Shown here in pieces: positions 31,812 to 42,131 of a DNA stretch of 64,000 bases. A model generated the notes under the pieces. It searched no databases. It saw nothing but the letters and a program-made list of their open reading frames with translations, and was not told the DNA's origin. A program made the translations under genes and the position numbers. This DNA comes from an uncultured Actinomycetota bacterium (GTDB lineage: Bacteria; Actinomycetota; Actinomycetes; Streptosporangiales; Streptosporangiaceae). Each line of letters opens with the position of its first letter. The first letter of the stretch is position 1. The stretch spans positions 17,196-81,195 of the forward strand of contig CAWDQI010000002.1 of the NCBI GenBank assembly GCA_963804435.1, given 5' to 3'.

Positions 31812-33089
31812 TTGCATATTAGTGCTGGAGACACCGCCTGGATGCTGACATCCACGGCGCTGGTGCTGTTCATGATGCCGGGCCTGGCGCTCTTCTACGG
31901 GGGCCTCGTCGGCGCCAAGAATGTGGTCGCGACAATGGTGCAGTCGTTCGCCGCAATCGGCGTCGTCAGCCTGCTGTGGGTCATTGTCGGGTACTCACTA
32001 GCGTTCGGGTCTGACCACGCCGGCGTCATCGGCAGCCTGTCCAATGTGCTGCTGCGCGGCGTCGGAGTGTCCCCGAATGCTTTCGCCCCGACGATTCCGG
32101 CGCTGCTGTACATGGCGTTCCAGATGAAGTTCGCTGTCATCACGCCGGCCCTGATCGCGGGCGCATTCTGCGAGCGGATGCGGTTCCGTGGCTACCTGGT
32201 CTTTATCGGACTGTGGTCGCTGTTCGTGTACTGCCCGTTCGCACACGCCGAGTGGGGCGGCGGCATCCTCGGCACTGGCGGGCTGCATGCCATCGACTTC
32301 GCCGGCGGCTCTGTTGTGCACGAGCTAGCGGGCGCGGCAGCCCTGGCGACCGCGTTCTACCTGAGGCGGAGCAAGCAGCTTGACCGACCGCACAACGTGC
32401 CGCTGGTGCTACTCGGGGCCGGCATCTTGTGGTTCGGCTGGTTCGGGTTCAACGCGGGCAGCGCGACCTCGGCCGGGGCGGTCGCTGCCTACGCGCTGGT
32501 GAACACCCAACTCGGCGCGTCGGCGGCCATGCTGTCCTGGATGACCATTGAGTGGTGGCGCAAGGGCAAACCGTCCGGCATCGGCATTGCGGCCGGCGCG
32601 GTGGCCGGCCTGGCCGCCATTACCCCCGCGTCGGGCTATGTGCCGCCGTGGGCGGCGATCATTATCGGGCTAGCAGCGGGCGCACTCTGCTACTCGGCCG
32701 TCAACCTGAAGGACATCCTGCACTACGACGACTCACTCGACGTCGTGGGCGTGCATATGTTCGGCGGGGCAGTCGGTGTCATCCTCACTGGTGTGTTCGC
32801 CAGCAAGGTGGTGAACGCGGCGGGCGAGGCCGGCGGCTTTACTCAGCTGGGCCGACAGCTCGTGCTCGCGGTCGCCGGGATCGTCTACCCGTTCGTCACG
32901 ACCTGGATCATCTTGTGGGTCACTGACCGCAGCGTCGGTCTCAAGGTGACCTCGGACGACGAGCAAACCGGGCTGGACCTCGTTGAGCACGGCGAGTCCA
33001 GTTACGGCTGGTCAGCAGCTGCGGCCCCGGCTTCCGCCAACGGCGATTCTGCCGCCGAGCCGACCGGAGCGGCGTCAGCCGCCGACTAG
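31812..33089 (+). CDS. amt: ammonium transporter (Amt family), no adjacent glnK
   Basis: TTG start after GGAGGGA. DTAWMLTSTALVLFMMPGLALFYGG, VVHELAGAAALA, GVHMFGGAVGV. Confidence 0.9.
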   Translation: MHISAGDTAWMLTSTALVLFMMPGLALFYGGLVGAKNVVATMVQSFAAIGVVSLLWVIVGYSLAFGSDHAGVIGSLSNVLLRGVGVSPNAFAPTIPALLYMAFQMKFAVITPALIAGAFCERMRFRGYLVFIGLWSLFVYCPFAHAEWGGGILGTGGLHAIDFAGGSVVHELAGAAALATAFYLRRSKQLDRPHNVPLVLLGAGILWFGWFGFNAGSATSAGAVAAYALVNTQLGASAAMLSWMTIEWWRKGKPSGIGIAAGAVAGLAAITPASGYVPPWAAIIIGLAAGALCYSAVNLKDILHYDDSLDVVGVHMFGGAVGVILTGVFASKVVNAAGEAGGFTQLGRQLVLAVAGIVYPFVTTWIILWVTDRSVGLKVTSDDEQTGLDLVEHGESSYGWSAAAAPASANGDSAAEPTGAASAAD

Positions 33090-33140
33090 CCGACTGAGGT
33101 GGCTCCCCGCCCAGCGTGATTCGCGACGCCGACGTCCAGG

Positions 33141-33187
33141 AAAACCGAAGAGGGACGCTTGACAGCGCCCCTCACCCGTCGGTTTTT
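33141..33187. terminator. bidirectional intrinsic terminator between amt and a convergent small gene
   Basis: aaaaccgaagagggacgc-ttgaca-gcgcccctcacccgtcggttttt: an imperfect GC-rich stem flanked by an A-run and a T-run. Confidence 0.5.
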
Positions 33188-33202
33188 GGCCACCAACGCT
33201 CG

Positions 33203-33391
33203 TCAGGTGAGCGCAGGCTCACGAACCGGAGCTAGCAGGTCATGACCAACTGCGGCGATGAGCACATCATTTTCATCCTGGAGCCGTGCGAGCTCAGCTT
33301 CCAGGTCACGTACTCGCTGCTGCAGGCGGCGCATCTCTGAGACCATGCGGGGATCCGGCCCGCCGACGTGGCCGAGTAGAGCCTTTGCCAT
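33203..33391 (-). CDS. small coiled-coil protein (62 aa), function unknown
   Basis: GGAGGA sits about 10 nt upstream of the ATG. MAKALLGHVGGPDPRMVSEMRRLQQRVRDLEAELARLQDEND has a heptad-like pattern. Confidence 0.6.
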   Translation of the reverse strand: MAKALLGHVGGPDPRMVSEMRRLQQRVRDLEAELARLQDENDVLIAAVGHDLLAPVREPALT

Positions 33392-33647
33392 TGTGTAAGG
33401 TCCTCCACACTGAGTGACCAGAGTGGGCGGGCACGCAGACGCCGGAGATGGCTGCGCGCTGTTAACACCTTCATGGTCCCACCGTCAAGGGTAATCGGTC
33501 AAGTTTGGCGATAGCGCAGGTCACCGGGCAGGTCGAGGGGCGGATGAGGGCCTGCTGGTGTCGCGGGCCGACCCTGCAAGATAACGCTGGAGATAAACAT
33601 CTGAGTACTAAAAGCGCTGAGACGATTGCACCGCGTATCCAGCCGTA

Positions 33648-33941
33648 TTACCGCTCGGAGAAGCGGGAAAATCCGCCATCGGCCGGAGCGAAGCGATGGC
33701 TCACCTGGCTGACCCGGCCCGGCGTACCGTCGCCTTCCAGCCGGACCAGCAGCTGCCGGCACCGGCCTTCCGGGCCTTCGGCGACCACTTTCACCCGGCC
33801 GTCCTCGAGATTCTCAGCGAAGCCGGTGAGGCCGAGTTCCAGCGCTCGGGCCCGCACCCACCATCGGAAGCCAACCCCCTGGACGCGTCCCGACACCCAG
33901 GCGGTGAGCCGAAGGTTCGCGCGCGAACCCAGGGCTACCAC
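33648..33941 (-). CDS. acyP: acylphosphatase
   Basis: [41 protein letters not shown]. The GTG at 33941 overlaps the mutM stop. Confidence 0.8.
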   Translation of the reverse strand: MVALGSRANLRLTAWVSGRVQGVGFRWWVRARALELGLTGFAENLEDGRVKVVAEGPEGRCRQLLVRLEGDGTPGRVSQVSHRFAPADGGFSRFSER

Positions 33942-34786
33942 CGGCCGTTCCTGGGCCGCGGCTGGCAGTGCGGGCAGAAGTAGGAGGACCGGTTCATGAA
34001 CGCCTCCCGGTGGATCGGCGTGCCGCAGCGAGGGCACGGCTCGCCCGCCCGCCCGTACACGTTCAGCGACCGGTCGAAGTAGCCACTCTCGCCATTCACG
34101 TTCACATACAGGCTGTCGAAGGAAGTTCCGCCGGCCCCGCGGGCCTCATTGAACACATCGACGACCGCGGACATCAAGCCCCCGATCTCGCCCCGCCGCA
34201 GCCGGTCCGTGGCCCGCGCATAGTGCAGCTTGACCCGCCACAGGGCCTCGTCCGCATAGATATTGCCGATCCCGCTGACCAGCGACTGGTCCAGCAGGGC
34301 GCGCTTGATTCCGGTCTTGCGGACCCGCATCCTGGCGGTCAGCCGGGCAAGGTCGAACGCGTTCTCTAGCGGGTCCGGCGCAATGTGGGCAATCTGCCGG
34401 GGCAGGTCCGCCCCGTCGGCGTCCACCAGCAGGTGGCCGAACGTGCGCTGGTCGGTGAAACGCAGGTCAGGGCCCTGGTCGGTGAAGCTGAACTGCACCC
34501 GCACGTGCGGTGACAGCGGCACGTCCGACGGCACAGCCAGTAGCTGGCCGCTCATGCCCAGGTGGGCGAGCATCGCGTCTTCGCCGACCGGCAGCCAGAT
34601 GTACTTGCCGCGCCGCCGAGCGGCGTCGAACGTGCGGCCAGCCAGCCGGGCCGCGAAATCCGTGGGGCCGCCCTCATGCCGCCGGACCGCGCGCGGGTGC
34701 AGGACCGCAACGGTCTCGATTCGCCTGCCGACGACGAACTTTTCCAGCCCGCGCCTGATCACCTCGACCTCAGGGAGCTCCGGCAC
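33935..34786 (-). CDS. mutM: formamidopyrimidine-DNA glycosylase
   Basis: [10 protein letters not shown]-terminus, [12 protein letters not shown], and C-terminal zinc finger CPRCG...CPHCQ. Confidence 0.9.
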   Translation of the reverse strand: MPELPEVEVIRRGLEKFVVGRRIETVAVLHPRAVRRHEGGPTDFAARLAGRTFDAARRRGKYIWLPVGEDAMLAHLGMSGQLLAVPSDVPLSPHVRVQFSFTDQGPDLRFTDQRTFGHLLVDADGADLPRQIAHIAPDPLENAFDLARLTARMRVRKTGIKRALLDQSLVSGIGNIYADEALWRVKLHYARATDRLRRGEIGGLMSAVVDVFNEARGAGGTSFDSLYVNVNGESGYFDRSLNVYGRAGEPCPRCGTPIHREAFMNRSSYFCPHCQPRPRNGRW

Positions 34787-34789
34787 GCG

Positions 34790-35518
34790 TTAGACCCGGT
34801 GTTCGCCCGAATCGCGGCTCGCCAGGCCCTCGCTGATCGCGGTCCAGGCCGCCTCGGCCGCCTGCTGCTCCGCCTCCTTCTTGGACCGGCCTTCGCCCTC
34901 GCCGTAGGTGTGCACCCCGATCCGCACGTAGGCGCGGAACGACTTCTGGTGATCGGGTCCGCTCTCTTCCACGTGGTACTCGGGCACGCCGAGGATCTCG
35001 GCCGCAGTGAGCTCCTGCAGCGAGGTTTTCCAGTCCAGGCCGGCGCCCAGCCTGGCCGACCGTGCGATCACCGGGTCGAAGAGCCGGTGCACCAGTGCGT
35101 CTGCGGCCGCCAGGCCCTGATCCAGGTAGACCGCACCGATCACCGCTTCCAGCGTGTCGGCCAGGATCGAGGATTTGTCCCGGCCGCCTGTTCCCTCCTC
35201 GCCCTTGCCCAGCTTGACATAGGAGCCGAGGTCGAGCCCGCGCGCCACGGCGGCCAGCGCGCGCATGTTGACAACAGCGGCCCGCAGCTTGGCGAGCTGC
35301 CCTTCCGGCAGATCGGGATACTGACGGAACAGCGTGTCGGTCACGATCAGGCCCAGGACGGAGTCGCCGAGGAACTCCAGCCGCTCGTTAGTCGGCAAGC
35401 CACCGTTCTCGTAGGCAAACGAGCGGTGCATGAGGGCGCGGTCAAGCAGTTCAGGCCCGACGGGCACCTCCAGTGCAGCCGACAGGCCATCAGTGCGCCC
35501 CGCGGATATGTCAGTCAC
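34790..35518 (-). CDS. rnc: ribonuclease III
   Basis: [16 protein letters not shown] signature and C-terminal dsRBD ([14 protein letters not shown]). Confidence 0.9.
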   Translation of the reverse strand: MTDISAGRTDGLSAALEVPVGPELLDRALMHRSFAYENGGLPTNERLEFLGDSVLGLIVTDTLFRQYPDLPEGQLAKLRAAVVNMRALAAVARGLDLGSYVKLGKGEEGTGGRDKSSILADTLEAVIGAVYLDQGLAAADALVHRLFDPVIARSARLGAGLDWKTSLQELTAAEILGVPEYHVEESGPDHQKSFRAYVRIGVHTYGEGEGRSKKEAEQQAAEAAWTAISEGLASRDSGEHRV

Positions 35519-35571
35519 CAGCCTTCCTTCCGCCAGCGCCGGTCACGCGCGCCATCGCCGGCAAGGACACG

Positions 35572-35748
35572 TCAGGAAGGAGTGATGACCTGGCGCCGGT
35601 TGTAGGTACCGCAAGTCGGGCACGCGGTGTGCGGCAACTTTGGGTCGCGGCAGTTAGGACAGGTCATGAGCTGCGGCGCGGTCGCCTTCCACTGCGCGCG
35701 TCGCGACCTGGTATTGCTGCGCGACATCTTGCGCTTGGGTACTGCCAC
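35572..35748 (-). CDS. rpmF: 50S ribosomal protein L32
   Basis: Manual translation: [22 protein letters not shown]...[18 protein letters not shown]. It is too short for the ORF track. Confidence 0.85.
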   Translation of the reverse strand: MAVPKRKMSRSNTRSRRAQWKATAPQLMTCPNCRDPKLPHTACPTCGTYNRRQVITPS

Positions 35749-35749
35749 T

Positions 35750-36406
35750 TCACTGCTCCTTTGGCTGGCCCCGGCCGGGCGCTTTCCCGTCCGGTACTTC
35801 TTCCTCCTCGAGCGGCGAGCCGTCAGGCTCCTCCACCCGAAAGTCCTTCAGCACGTCCCACAGCGCGCTGCGCTGCTCGTGCCTGTGGCCGGGCCCAGCG
35901 TCGGCCAGCCGGACCCCGCACTCTGAGCACAAGCCCAGGCAGCCGTCCTCACACAGCGGCGACAACGGCAGCTCCAGTACCACCGCGTCGCGCAGCGCAG
36001 GCTCCAGATTCAGCAGCCCCGTCGCATCCAGCTTGTAACTGTCCAGCTCGTAACTGTCCGCCTCGTCCGCTGAATCCGCTACGGCGTTCTGCAGCCACAC
36101 GAAGAGCTCCTGGAACCGCACCTTCGTCGCCGAGGTGAACGGCTCCAGGCACCGAGCGCACTCGCCGGTCAGCGGCCCGGTCACGGTCGCGGTCACCAGC
36201 ACGCCCTCGCTCACCCCCTCAAGCTGAACGTCCAGGTCAAGGTCGGCGCCGGCCGTCACCCTGGCCATGGCGACGCCCAGGTACTCGGGCGCGGGGACCG
36301 TACGCGTAAGCGTCCGGACCGAGCCAGGACCCAGATCCCTGGTGTCGAAGACCAGTGGACTACGGGAATCCAGGCCCTTCGGGTGCTTGGTGGCAGAATT
36401 TCGCAT
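35750..36406 (-). CDS. YceD/DUF177 family protein (ribosome-associated, upstream of rpmF)
   Basis: 218-aa acidic ORF with CxxC...CxxC ([13 protein letters not shown]) and the conserved yceD-rpmF arrangement. Confidence 0.75.
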   Translation of the reverse strand: MRNSATKHPKGLDSRSPLVFDTRDLGPGSVRTLTRTVPAPEYLGVAMARVTAGADLDLDVQLEGVSEGVLVTATVTGPLTGECARCLEPFTSATKVRFQELFVWLQNAVADSADEADSYELDSYKLDATGLLNLEPALRDAVVLELPLSPLCEDGCLGLCSECGVRLADAGPGHRHEQRSALWDVLKDFRVEEPDGSPLEEEEVPDGKAPGRGQPKEQ

Positions 36407-36557
36407 GGCTATCGGCTGAACTGGGCGGTGGCAAGCATGGTGGCAACGCGTCGGCGGGCGGTACGGACTGGCGGAGCCATGACTGGCACGTCGCCGACTG
36501 ACTAGCTTACCGGCTGGCCTGGGACAATCCCAACTCGACCGGGGATACCAGCAACTG

Positions 36558-37037
36558 TCACGACTCCGCGAGCCGGGTAGTCAGCAGGCCGAGCACAGCC
36601 GGGGGAACAAGGCCGCTCACGTCCCCGCCGAACCTGGCGAACTCCTTGACCAGGCTTGACGACAAGAAGGCATACAGCGGATTGGTCGTCATAAACAGCG
36701 TCTCGACGCCAGCCTGGTTGTAGTTCATCTGCGCCATCTGCATCTCGTAGTCGAAGTCCGTGACCGCCCGCAGGCCCTTCACGATCGCGGAGATGTCGTT
36801 GCTGCGGCAGAAGTCGACGATGAGGCCCTCGAACCGGTCCACCCGGACGTTGCCGAGGGCTTTGGTCGCCTCCCGGATCAGCTCAACCCGCTCAGCGGCC
36901 GTGAACAATGCGGACTTGTTGGGGTTCCGCACGACCGCGACGACGACCTCGTCGTAGAGCTGAGCAGCGCGGGAAATGATGTCGAGGTGCCCGTTGGTCA
37001 CCGGGTCGAAAGAGCCTGGGCAAACTACGCGCCGCAC
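36558..37037 (-). CDS. coaD: phosphopantetheine adenylyltransferase
   Basis: GTG at 37037. RRVVCPGSFDPVTNGHLDII...KGLRAVTDFDYE. The longer ORF 36558..37313 is an upstream read-through. Confidence 0.9.
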   Translation of the reverse strand: MRRVVCPGSFDPVTNGHLDIISRAAQLYDEVVVAVVRNPNKSALFTAAERVELIREATKALGNVRVDRFEGLIVDFCRSNDISAIVKGLRAVTDFDYEMQMAQMNYNQAGVETLFMTTNPLYAFLSSSLVKEFARFGGDVSGLVPPAVLGLLTTRLAES

Positions 37038-37044
37038 TCGGGTT

Positions 37045-37647
37045 TCACTCTCCCGTCGGGGATGTCGCAGCAGGCTGTGCACCTGCGGCCAGACCGTACC
37101 AGAGGGTTGCCTCACCGTATCGGCGGGATCGGTCAGTTTCGTACCCGACCGGCCACGCAGGCGGTCCGGATCGCGTCGACCGCTCGATGACCACCAGCGC
37201 TCCCGGCGCCAGCCAGCCGTGGCGGACGAGCGCAATGAGCATCTGGGCCAGCTCATCGTCGCCGGCCACGTAGGGCGGGTCGGCGAACACGAAGTCGCGC
37301 GTGCGCGCTTCACCGGGCCCGCGGGCCAGCACGCGGTCCACCTTGTCCGTGATGAGCTGCGCGCCCGGCAACCCCACCAGGGCGATGTTCTGCCTGATCA
37401 CTCGTGCGGCCCGGCTTTCGGCCTCGACCAGCAGGACGTCGGATGCGCCCCGCGACAGCGCCTCAAGCCCGACCGCCCCCGAGCCCGCGTACAGGTCCAG
37501 AACCGCAGCGCCGTCAAGGCCGCCCAGCACCGCCAGCGCGGTCGCGAACAGGCCTTCCCTGGCCCGGTCCGCGGTGGGCCTGGTCGTGGTTCCCGGTGCC
37601 GTCGCCAGGCGCCGGCCGCCGGCCACCCCGGCAATGATGCGGGTCAC
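37045..37647 (-). CDS. rsmD: 16S rRNA (guanine966-N2)-methyltransferase RsmD
   Basis: MTRIIAG...TRPTADRAREGLF, LDLYAGSGAVGLEALSRGA, FADPPY. Confidence 0.85.
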   Translation of the reverse strand: MTRIIAGVAGGRRLATAPGTTTRPTADRAREGLFATALAVLGGLDGAAVLDLYAGSGAVGLEALSRGASDVLLVEAESRAARVIRQNIALVGLPGAQLITDKVDRVLARGPGEARTRDFVFADPPYVAGDDELAQMLIALVRHGWLAPGALVVIERSTRSGPPAWPVGYETDRSRRYGEATLWYGLAAGAQPAATSPTGE

Positions 37648-37653
37648 CGGCCC

Positions 37654-39921
37654 TCAGGCTTTTTCGAGGAACGCGGCGCGCTCTGCGTCGATCAGGGCCC
37701 GCACTGCCTCGGCCAGTCCGGGCTCACCCGCCAGCGCCGGATCGGCGTCGACCAGCTTGGTGGCTTCCCCCCGCGCCTGGCCGATCAGGTCCTCGTCTTC
37801 TAGCAGTCGCAGCAACTTGAGGCTGGACTTGCGGCCAGCCTGCACAGTACCGAGCACATCGCCCTCGCGGCGCTGGGCCAGGTCGATCCTGGACAAGGCG
37901 AACCCGTCCAGCGTGCCAGCCACCGCATCCAGCCGCTCACGGCCCGGAGATGCCTCCGGCGCCTCGGTGACCAGCAGGCAGAGGCCGGGGTCAGTGCCGC
38001 GGCCGACCCGGCCGCGGAGCTGGTGCAGCTGGGAGACGCCGAACCGGTCCGCGTCCATGATCACCATGACCACCGCGTTCGGCACGTCCACGCCCACCTC
38101 GACCACGGTGGTGGTGACCAGCACGTCTACCTGGCCGTCGGCGAACGCCAGCATCACCTTGTCCTTCTCGTCCGGCGGCAGCCTGCCGTGCAGGACCGCC
38201 ATACGCAGGCCGGCCAGCGGGCCGGCCGAAAGCTCCGCGGCCAGGTCGACGACGGCGATCGGCGGGCGCACCCCACCGTCGGGGGGACACCCCCCGACGA
38301 CCCCCCCAAACCCTGCCCTTTCGTCATCGCCCAGCTCACTGGTCATGTCCTCGCCGCCGGGGCCGTCGCCGCCGATGCGCGGGCAGACCACGTAGGCCTG
38401 GTGGCCGGCTGCAACTTCTTCGGCGATCCGCTCCCAGGTCCTGGTCAGGTAGTGCGGGCGCTCGGCGACCGGAACGACATGCGTGCTGATCGGCGACCGG
38501 CCGGCCGGCAACTCGGTCAGCGTGGACACGTCCAGGTCGCCGAAGACGGTCATGGCCACCGTCCGCGGGATCGGCGTCGCGGTCATCACCAGCACGTGCG
38601 GGCGGCCGTCACCGGCCTTGTCCCGGAGGGCGTCACGCTGCTCGACGCCGAACCTGTGCTGCTCGTCGATCACGACCAGGCCCAGGTCCGCGAACTGGAC
38701 GCGGTCCTCAAGCAGCGCATGGGTGCCGATGATGATGCCCGCGCTGCCGGATGCGGCCGCCAGCAGCGCGGTGCGCCGAGCGGCCGCGCCGAGCGAGCCG
38801 GTCAGCAGGGCCAGCCTGGTGGCATGCTCGGCTCCGCCCAGCTGGCCGGCCATGCCGAGCGGGCCGAGCAGGCTGGAGATGGACCGGTAGTGCTGCTGCG
38901 CGAGGACCTCGGTGGGCGCGAGCAGGACCGCCTGGCCGACCGCGTCCACGACCTGCAGCATCGCCCGCACCGCGATGATCGTCTTGCCAGAACCGACCTC
39001 GCCTTGCAGCAGCCGGTGCATCGGGTGCTCGCGGGCCAGGTCGTCGGCGATGATCGCGCCCGCTAGTTGCTGGCCAACGGTCAGCTCGAACGGCAGCGTG
39101 GTGTCGAACTCGCCGAGCAGGCCGCCCTCGACCGGCGGCCGCGGGATCGCGGTGTAGCTCGCGGCGGCCCGGCGGCGCTGGGCCAGGAGCACCTGCAGCG
39201 CGAACGCCTCATCCCATTTCAGCCGGCTGACAGCCCGGTGCACGTCGCCGCGGTCGACCGGCCGGTGGATGCCGCGCAGCGCGTCGGCGTAGCCGACCAG
39301 GCCGTGTCGTGCCCGGATGTCAGCCGGCAGCGGGTCATCCGGCACGTCGAGTACGTCAAGGGCGATCCGGACCGAGTCGGCGATCTTCCAGGACTGGATC
39401 TGGCTAGTGGCGCGGTAGACCGGGATCAGCTCGGCCGCGAACTCGGCGGCCCTGGCGCCGGCCGGGCCAGCCCCGAGCATCTCGTACTCCGGATGAGTGA
39501 GCTGCCGCTTGCCGCGGAAACTGGAAACCTGGCCGGAGAACAGCCCCCTGGCGCCGGGCCTCAGTTCCTGCTCCCGCCAGTCCTGCCTGCCCCGGCCGAA
39601 GAAGGTCAGCGCCAGGCGCCCATGCCCGTCGGTCACGATGGCCTCGAGAATCGTGCCGGGGCGGTTATGCATGCGCCGTACCGACACCGAGGCCACTTCG
39701 GCCTGCACGGTCACGTACTCGCCGTCGCGCAGCCCGGCCAGGTCGGTCAGCTCACCGCGGTTGTCGTACCGGCGCGGGTAGTAGCCGAGGAGGTCGCCGA
39801 CGGTGCGCAGGTCCAGAGCCGCCGCCAGCCGCTTGGCCGCCTTGTCGCCGATGACGAGGCGCAGCGGGTCAGCGTATACCGCCACGCTGCCTACTTGGTC
39901 TCGGACCGGCGGGCGCACCAC
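37654..39921 (-). CDS. recG: ATP-dependent DNA helicase RecG
   Basis: Intact 755-aa ORF. LQGEVGSGKT, VIDEQHRFGV, MTATPIPRT, QLHQLRGRVGRG. Confidence 0.9.
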   Translation of the reverse strand: MVRPPVRDQVGSVAVYADPLRLVIGDKAAKRLAAALDLRTVGDLLGYYPRRYDNRGELTDLAGLRDGEYVTVQAEVASVSVRRMHNRPGTILEAIVTDGHGRLALTFFGRGRQDWREQELRPGARGLFSGQVSSFRGKRQLTHPEYEMLGAGPAGARAAEFAAELIPVYRATSQIQSWKIADSVRIALDVLDVPDDPLPADIRARHGLVGYADALRGIHRPVDRGDVHRAVSRLKWDEAFALQVLLAQRRRAAASYTAIPRPPVEGGLLGEFDTTLPFELTVGQQLAGAIIADDLAREHPMHRLLQGEVGSGKTIIAVRAMLQVVDAVGQAVLLAPTEVLAQQHYRSISSLLGPLGMAGQLGGAEHATRLALLTGSLGAAARRTALLAAASGSAGIIIGTHALLEDRVQFADLGLVVIDEQHRFGVEQRDALRDKAGDGRPHVLVMTATPIPRTVAMTVFGDLDVSTLTELPAGRSPISTHVVPVAERPHYLTRTWERIAEEVAAGHQAYVVCPRIGGDGPGGEDMTSELGDDERAGFGGVVGGCPPDGGVRPPIAVVDLAAELSAGPLAGLRMAVLHGRLPPDEKDKVMLAFADGQVDVLVTTTVVEVGVDVPNAVVMVIMDADRFGVSQLHQLRGRVGRGTDPGLCLLVTEAPEASPGRERLDAVAGTLDGFALSRIDLAQRREGDVLGTVQAGRKSSLKLLRLLEDEDLIGQARGEATKLVDADPALAGEPGLAEAVRALIDAERAAFLEKA

Positions 39922-40261
39922 CGGGAGTATTTACCGTCGCCACGTCGCCAGGATAGGCCGCGGCACCGTCAGCGGCGCGGCGGAAGCTCGACGAGCGTCG
40001 GTGTGAAGGGCGGCGGAGCCACAACGCGGCCCGACTAGGGGCGGCACATCCGCATCGACGCCCAATCCCGTATCGCGACCGCAGCAAGCCTGCTGGCCAT
40101 CTGACCGGAATATGGCTTATTGTGATTTTTGCCAGGCAGCCCGCCGACCCAGCCGGGCGCCTGGCTCGCGCGGCACCCTGTTCGTCGGATATCCTTCGAC
40201 AACCGGCGTGGCGCGTGCCTGCCGGTGACCCATCTGACTACCTTCCCAATGGAGCGATCCC

Positions 40262-40447
40262 GTGGCTTCCGTCTGCGACGTGTGCGGCAAGGGGCCGGGC
40301 TTCGGCAATAACGTGTCGCACTCGCACCGCCGCACCCCGCGTCGCTGGAATCCGAACATTCAGCGCGTGCGCGCGATGGTAGGAAAGACGCCGCGCCGGC
40401 TGAACGTGTGCACCTCCTGCATCAAGGCAGGCAAGGTCAGCCGCTAG
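40262..40447 (+). CDS. rpmB: 50S ribosomal protein L28
   Basis: MASVCDVCGKGPGFGNNVSHSHRRTPRRWNPNIQ. Confidence 0.9.
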   Translation: MASVCDVCGKGPGFGNNVSHSHRRTPRRWNPNIQRVRAMVGKTPRRLNVCTSCIKAGKVSR

Positions 40448-40453
40448 CCCGGC

Positions 40454-41266
40454 TTAATGGCGGGCGGCCACATCCGCGCGCAGCCGCCAGAGGTGATCGA
40501 CCGGGCCGATTCCGGCGCCGAGCGGGAATCCGGCGCTGATCGCGCCGGTCACGTACTCCTTCGCCATCCCGACCGCGCGGGGCACATCCTGGCCTTGGGC
40601 CAGCCCGGAGGCGATTGCGGATGCCAGGGTGCAGCCCGTGCCGTGCGTGTGGATGCTGGCGATGCGCTGACCGGGGAAGCGGATCAGCTGATTGCCGTCG
40701 AAGAGCAGGTCGACCGGGCTACCGGCCAGGTGACCGCCCTTCACCAGCACCCATTGCGGGCCCATGGCGATGATCATGCGCGCGGCCGCCAGCATCTGCG
40801 CTTCGCCCGAGATGGTCATCCCCGTGAGCAGCCCGGCCTCGAGCAGGTTCGGCGTGACAACGGTGGCTAGCGGGAGCAGCCGCTCCCGGACGGCGTCCAG
40901 CGTGCCGGCTGATAGCAGGCTGTGGCCATGCTTGGACACCGCGACCGGGTCGACCACCACGGGCGCCGCGACCTCGCTTAGTGCATCGGACACGACGTCG
41001 ACGATCGCAGCCGAGGCGAGCATCCCGGTCTTGATCGCCTGGGCGCCAATGTCACTGAGCACCGAATCGAGTTGTGCCCGCACGGCCTCCGGCGGCAGTT
41101 CCCAGTAGCCCTGGACACCGACCGAGTTCTGGGCCGTGACGGCGCACACGACGGTCATCCCGTGCACGCCCAAGGCCAGCATGGTCTTCAGGTCGGCCTG
41201 AATGCCGGCGCCGCCGCCGGAGTCTGAGCCGGCGATGGCGAGTACGCGAGGCGGGGCCGAGACCAT
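40454..41266 (-). CDS. thiD: hydroxymethylpyrimidine/phosphomethylpyrimidine kinase
   Basis: [26 protein letters not shown], and [10 protein letters not shown] near the C-terminus. Confidence 0.9.
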   Translation of the reverse strand: MVSAPPRVLAIAGSDSGGGAGIQADLKTMLALGVHGMTVVCAVTAQNSVGVQGYWELPPEAVRAQLDSVLSDIGAQAIKTGMLASAAIVDVVSDALSEVAAPVVVDPVAVSKHGHSLLSAGTLDAVRERLLPLATVVTPNLLEAGLLTGMTISGEAQMLAAARMIIAMGPQWVLVKGGHLAGSPVDLLFDGNQLIRFPGQRIASIHTHGTGCTLASAIASGLAQGQDVPRAVGMAKEYVTGAISAGFPLGAGIGPVDHLWRLRADVAARH

Positions 41267-41313
41267 GCCATTACCTTACGGGGGCGGCAGTCCGGCCGAT
41301 CCGCGGCGCCGGT

Positions 41314-42051
41314 TCAGAACACCCTGATGTGCTGGGCCGCCGCCAGTGCGGACTCGTCGCCACCTGCCTGCACGCCAAGGTCAGTCCAGCTTCCGCGCTG
41401 CGTTACCCACCGGATGAAAGCCGGAGCGTCGCAGCTCACGGTTGCTTTTGCCGACCCGGAGCCGAACTTGATCAGCCGGGCTCCGGTTCCGGCGACCTGG
41501 AACTCGAACGTGCCGAGTGCAGCGGCGGCCTGGTTCTGCTGTGGCAGTGCGGCCTCTATCCAATCCAGGGCGGTGGTCACGCGCGGCTCATCGGATGGCG
41601 GCGGCGTGCCGCGGAGCGGACCGCGCGGGCTGAAGAGATCGGCCCTGATGTGGGTGTAGTGATCGAAGCCGAAGGCGCACGGGAGCAAGGAGATCGAGTA
41701 GCTACCGGCGTCGCCCAGCGGCATGTCCATTTCTAGCCCGGCGAACTCGGGCAGCATCTGCAGCGCCCGCTCGCTGACCTCGGCGTAGTCCGCCATGACC
41801 TGAGCGGGGTCCAGCTCGCGCCGGGATGCTACCAGGACATCCTGGGCGCGCTCGAAAGGCATCCCGGTGATGTCGGGAAGCCGACCAGGATCCACGAGGG
41901 ACCAGAACGTCAGGCTCATGTGGGCTACCAGGTCCTGGACCGACCAGCCCTCGCAGCCCGATGCTTCCTGCCACTGCTCCGGATGCAGGCTGGCGGCGAT
42001 CTCCACCAATGCGTCGCGGTCGGCCCGTACTGCCTCTATGCCGCCGGCCAT
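41314..42051 (-). CDS. mycothiol-dependent maleylpyruvate-isomerase-like (DinB_2/TIGR03083-type) protein
   Basis: N-terminus ...EQWQEASGCEGWSVQDLVAHM, typical of the metal-binding DinB fold. Assigned by pattern only. Confidence 0.6.
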   Translation of the reverse strand: MAGGIEAVRADRDALVEIAASLHPEQWQEASGCEGWSVQDLVAHMSLTFWSLVDPGRLPDITGMPFERAQDVLVASRRELDPAQVMADYAEVSERALQMLPEFAGLEMDMPLGDAGSYSISLLPCAFGFDHYTHIRADLFSPRGPLRGTPPPSDEPRVTTALDWIEAALPQQNQAAAALGTFEFQVAGTGARLIKFGSGSAKATVSCDAPAFIRWVTQRGSWTDLGVQAGGDESALAAAQHIRVF

Positions 42052-42065
42052 TGCGGTCCTCCCTG

Positions 42066-42098
42066 AGATAATGATATTTTCTTAGATAGTATTACTAT
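42066..42098. promoter_or_regulatory. AT-rich repeat in divergent promoter region (candidate TetR operator)
   Basis: agataatgata / agatagtatta imperfect direct repeat, plus the tagta-t-tacta palindrome, within the 80-bp gap between 42051 and 42132. Confidence 0.35.
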
Positions 42099-42131
42099 GT
42101 CACTGCCGATCGAATCGCGCAAGGCGCCGCA

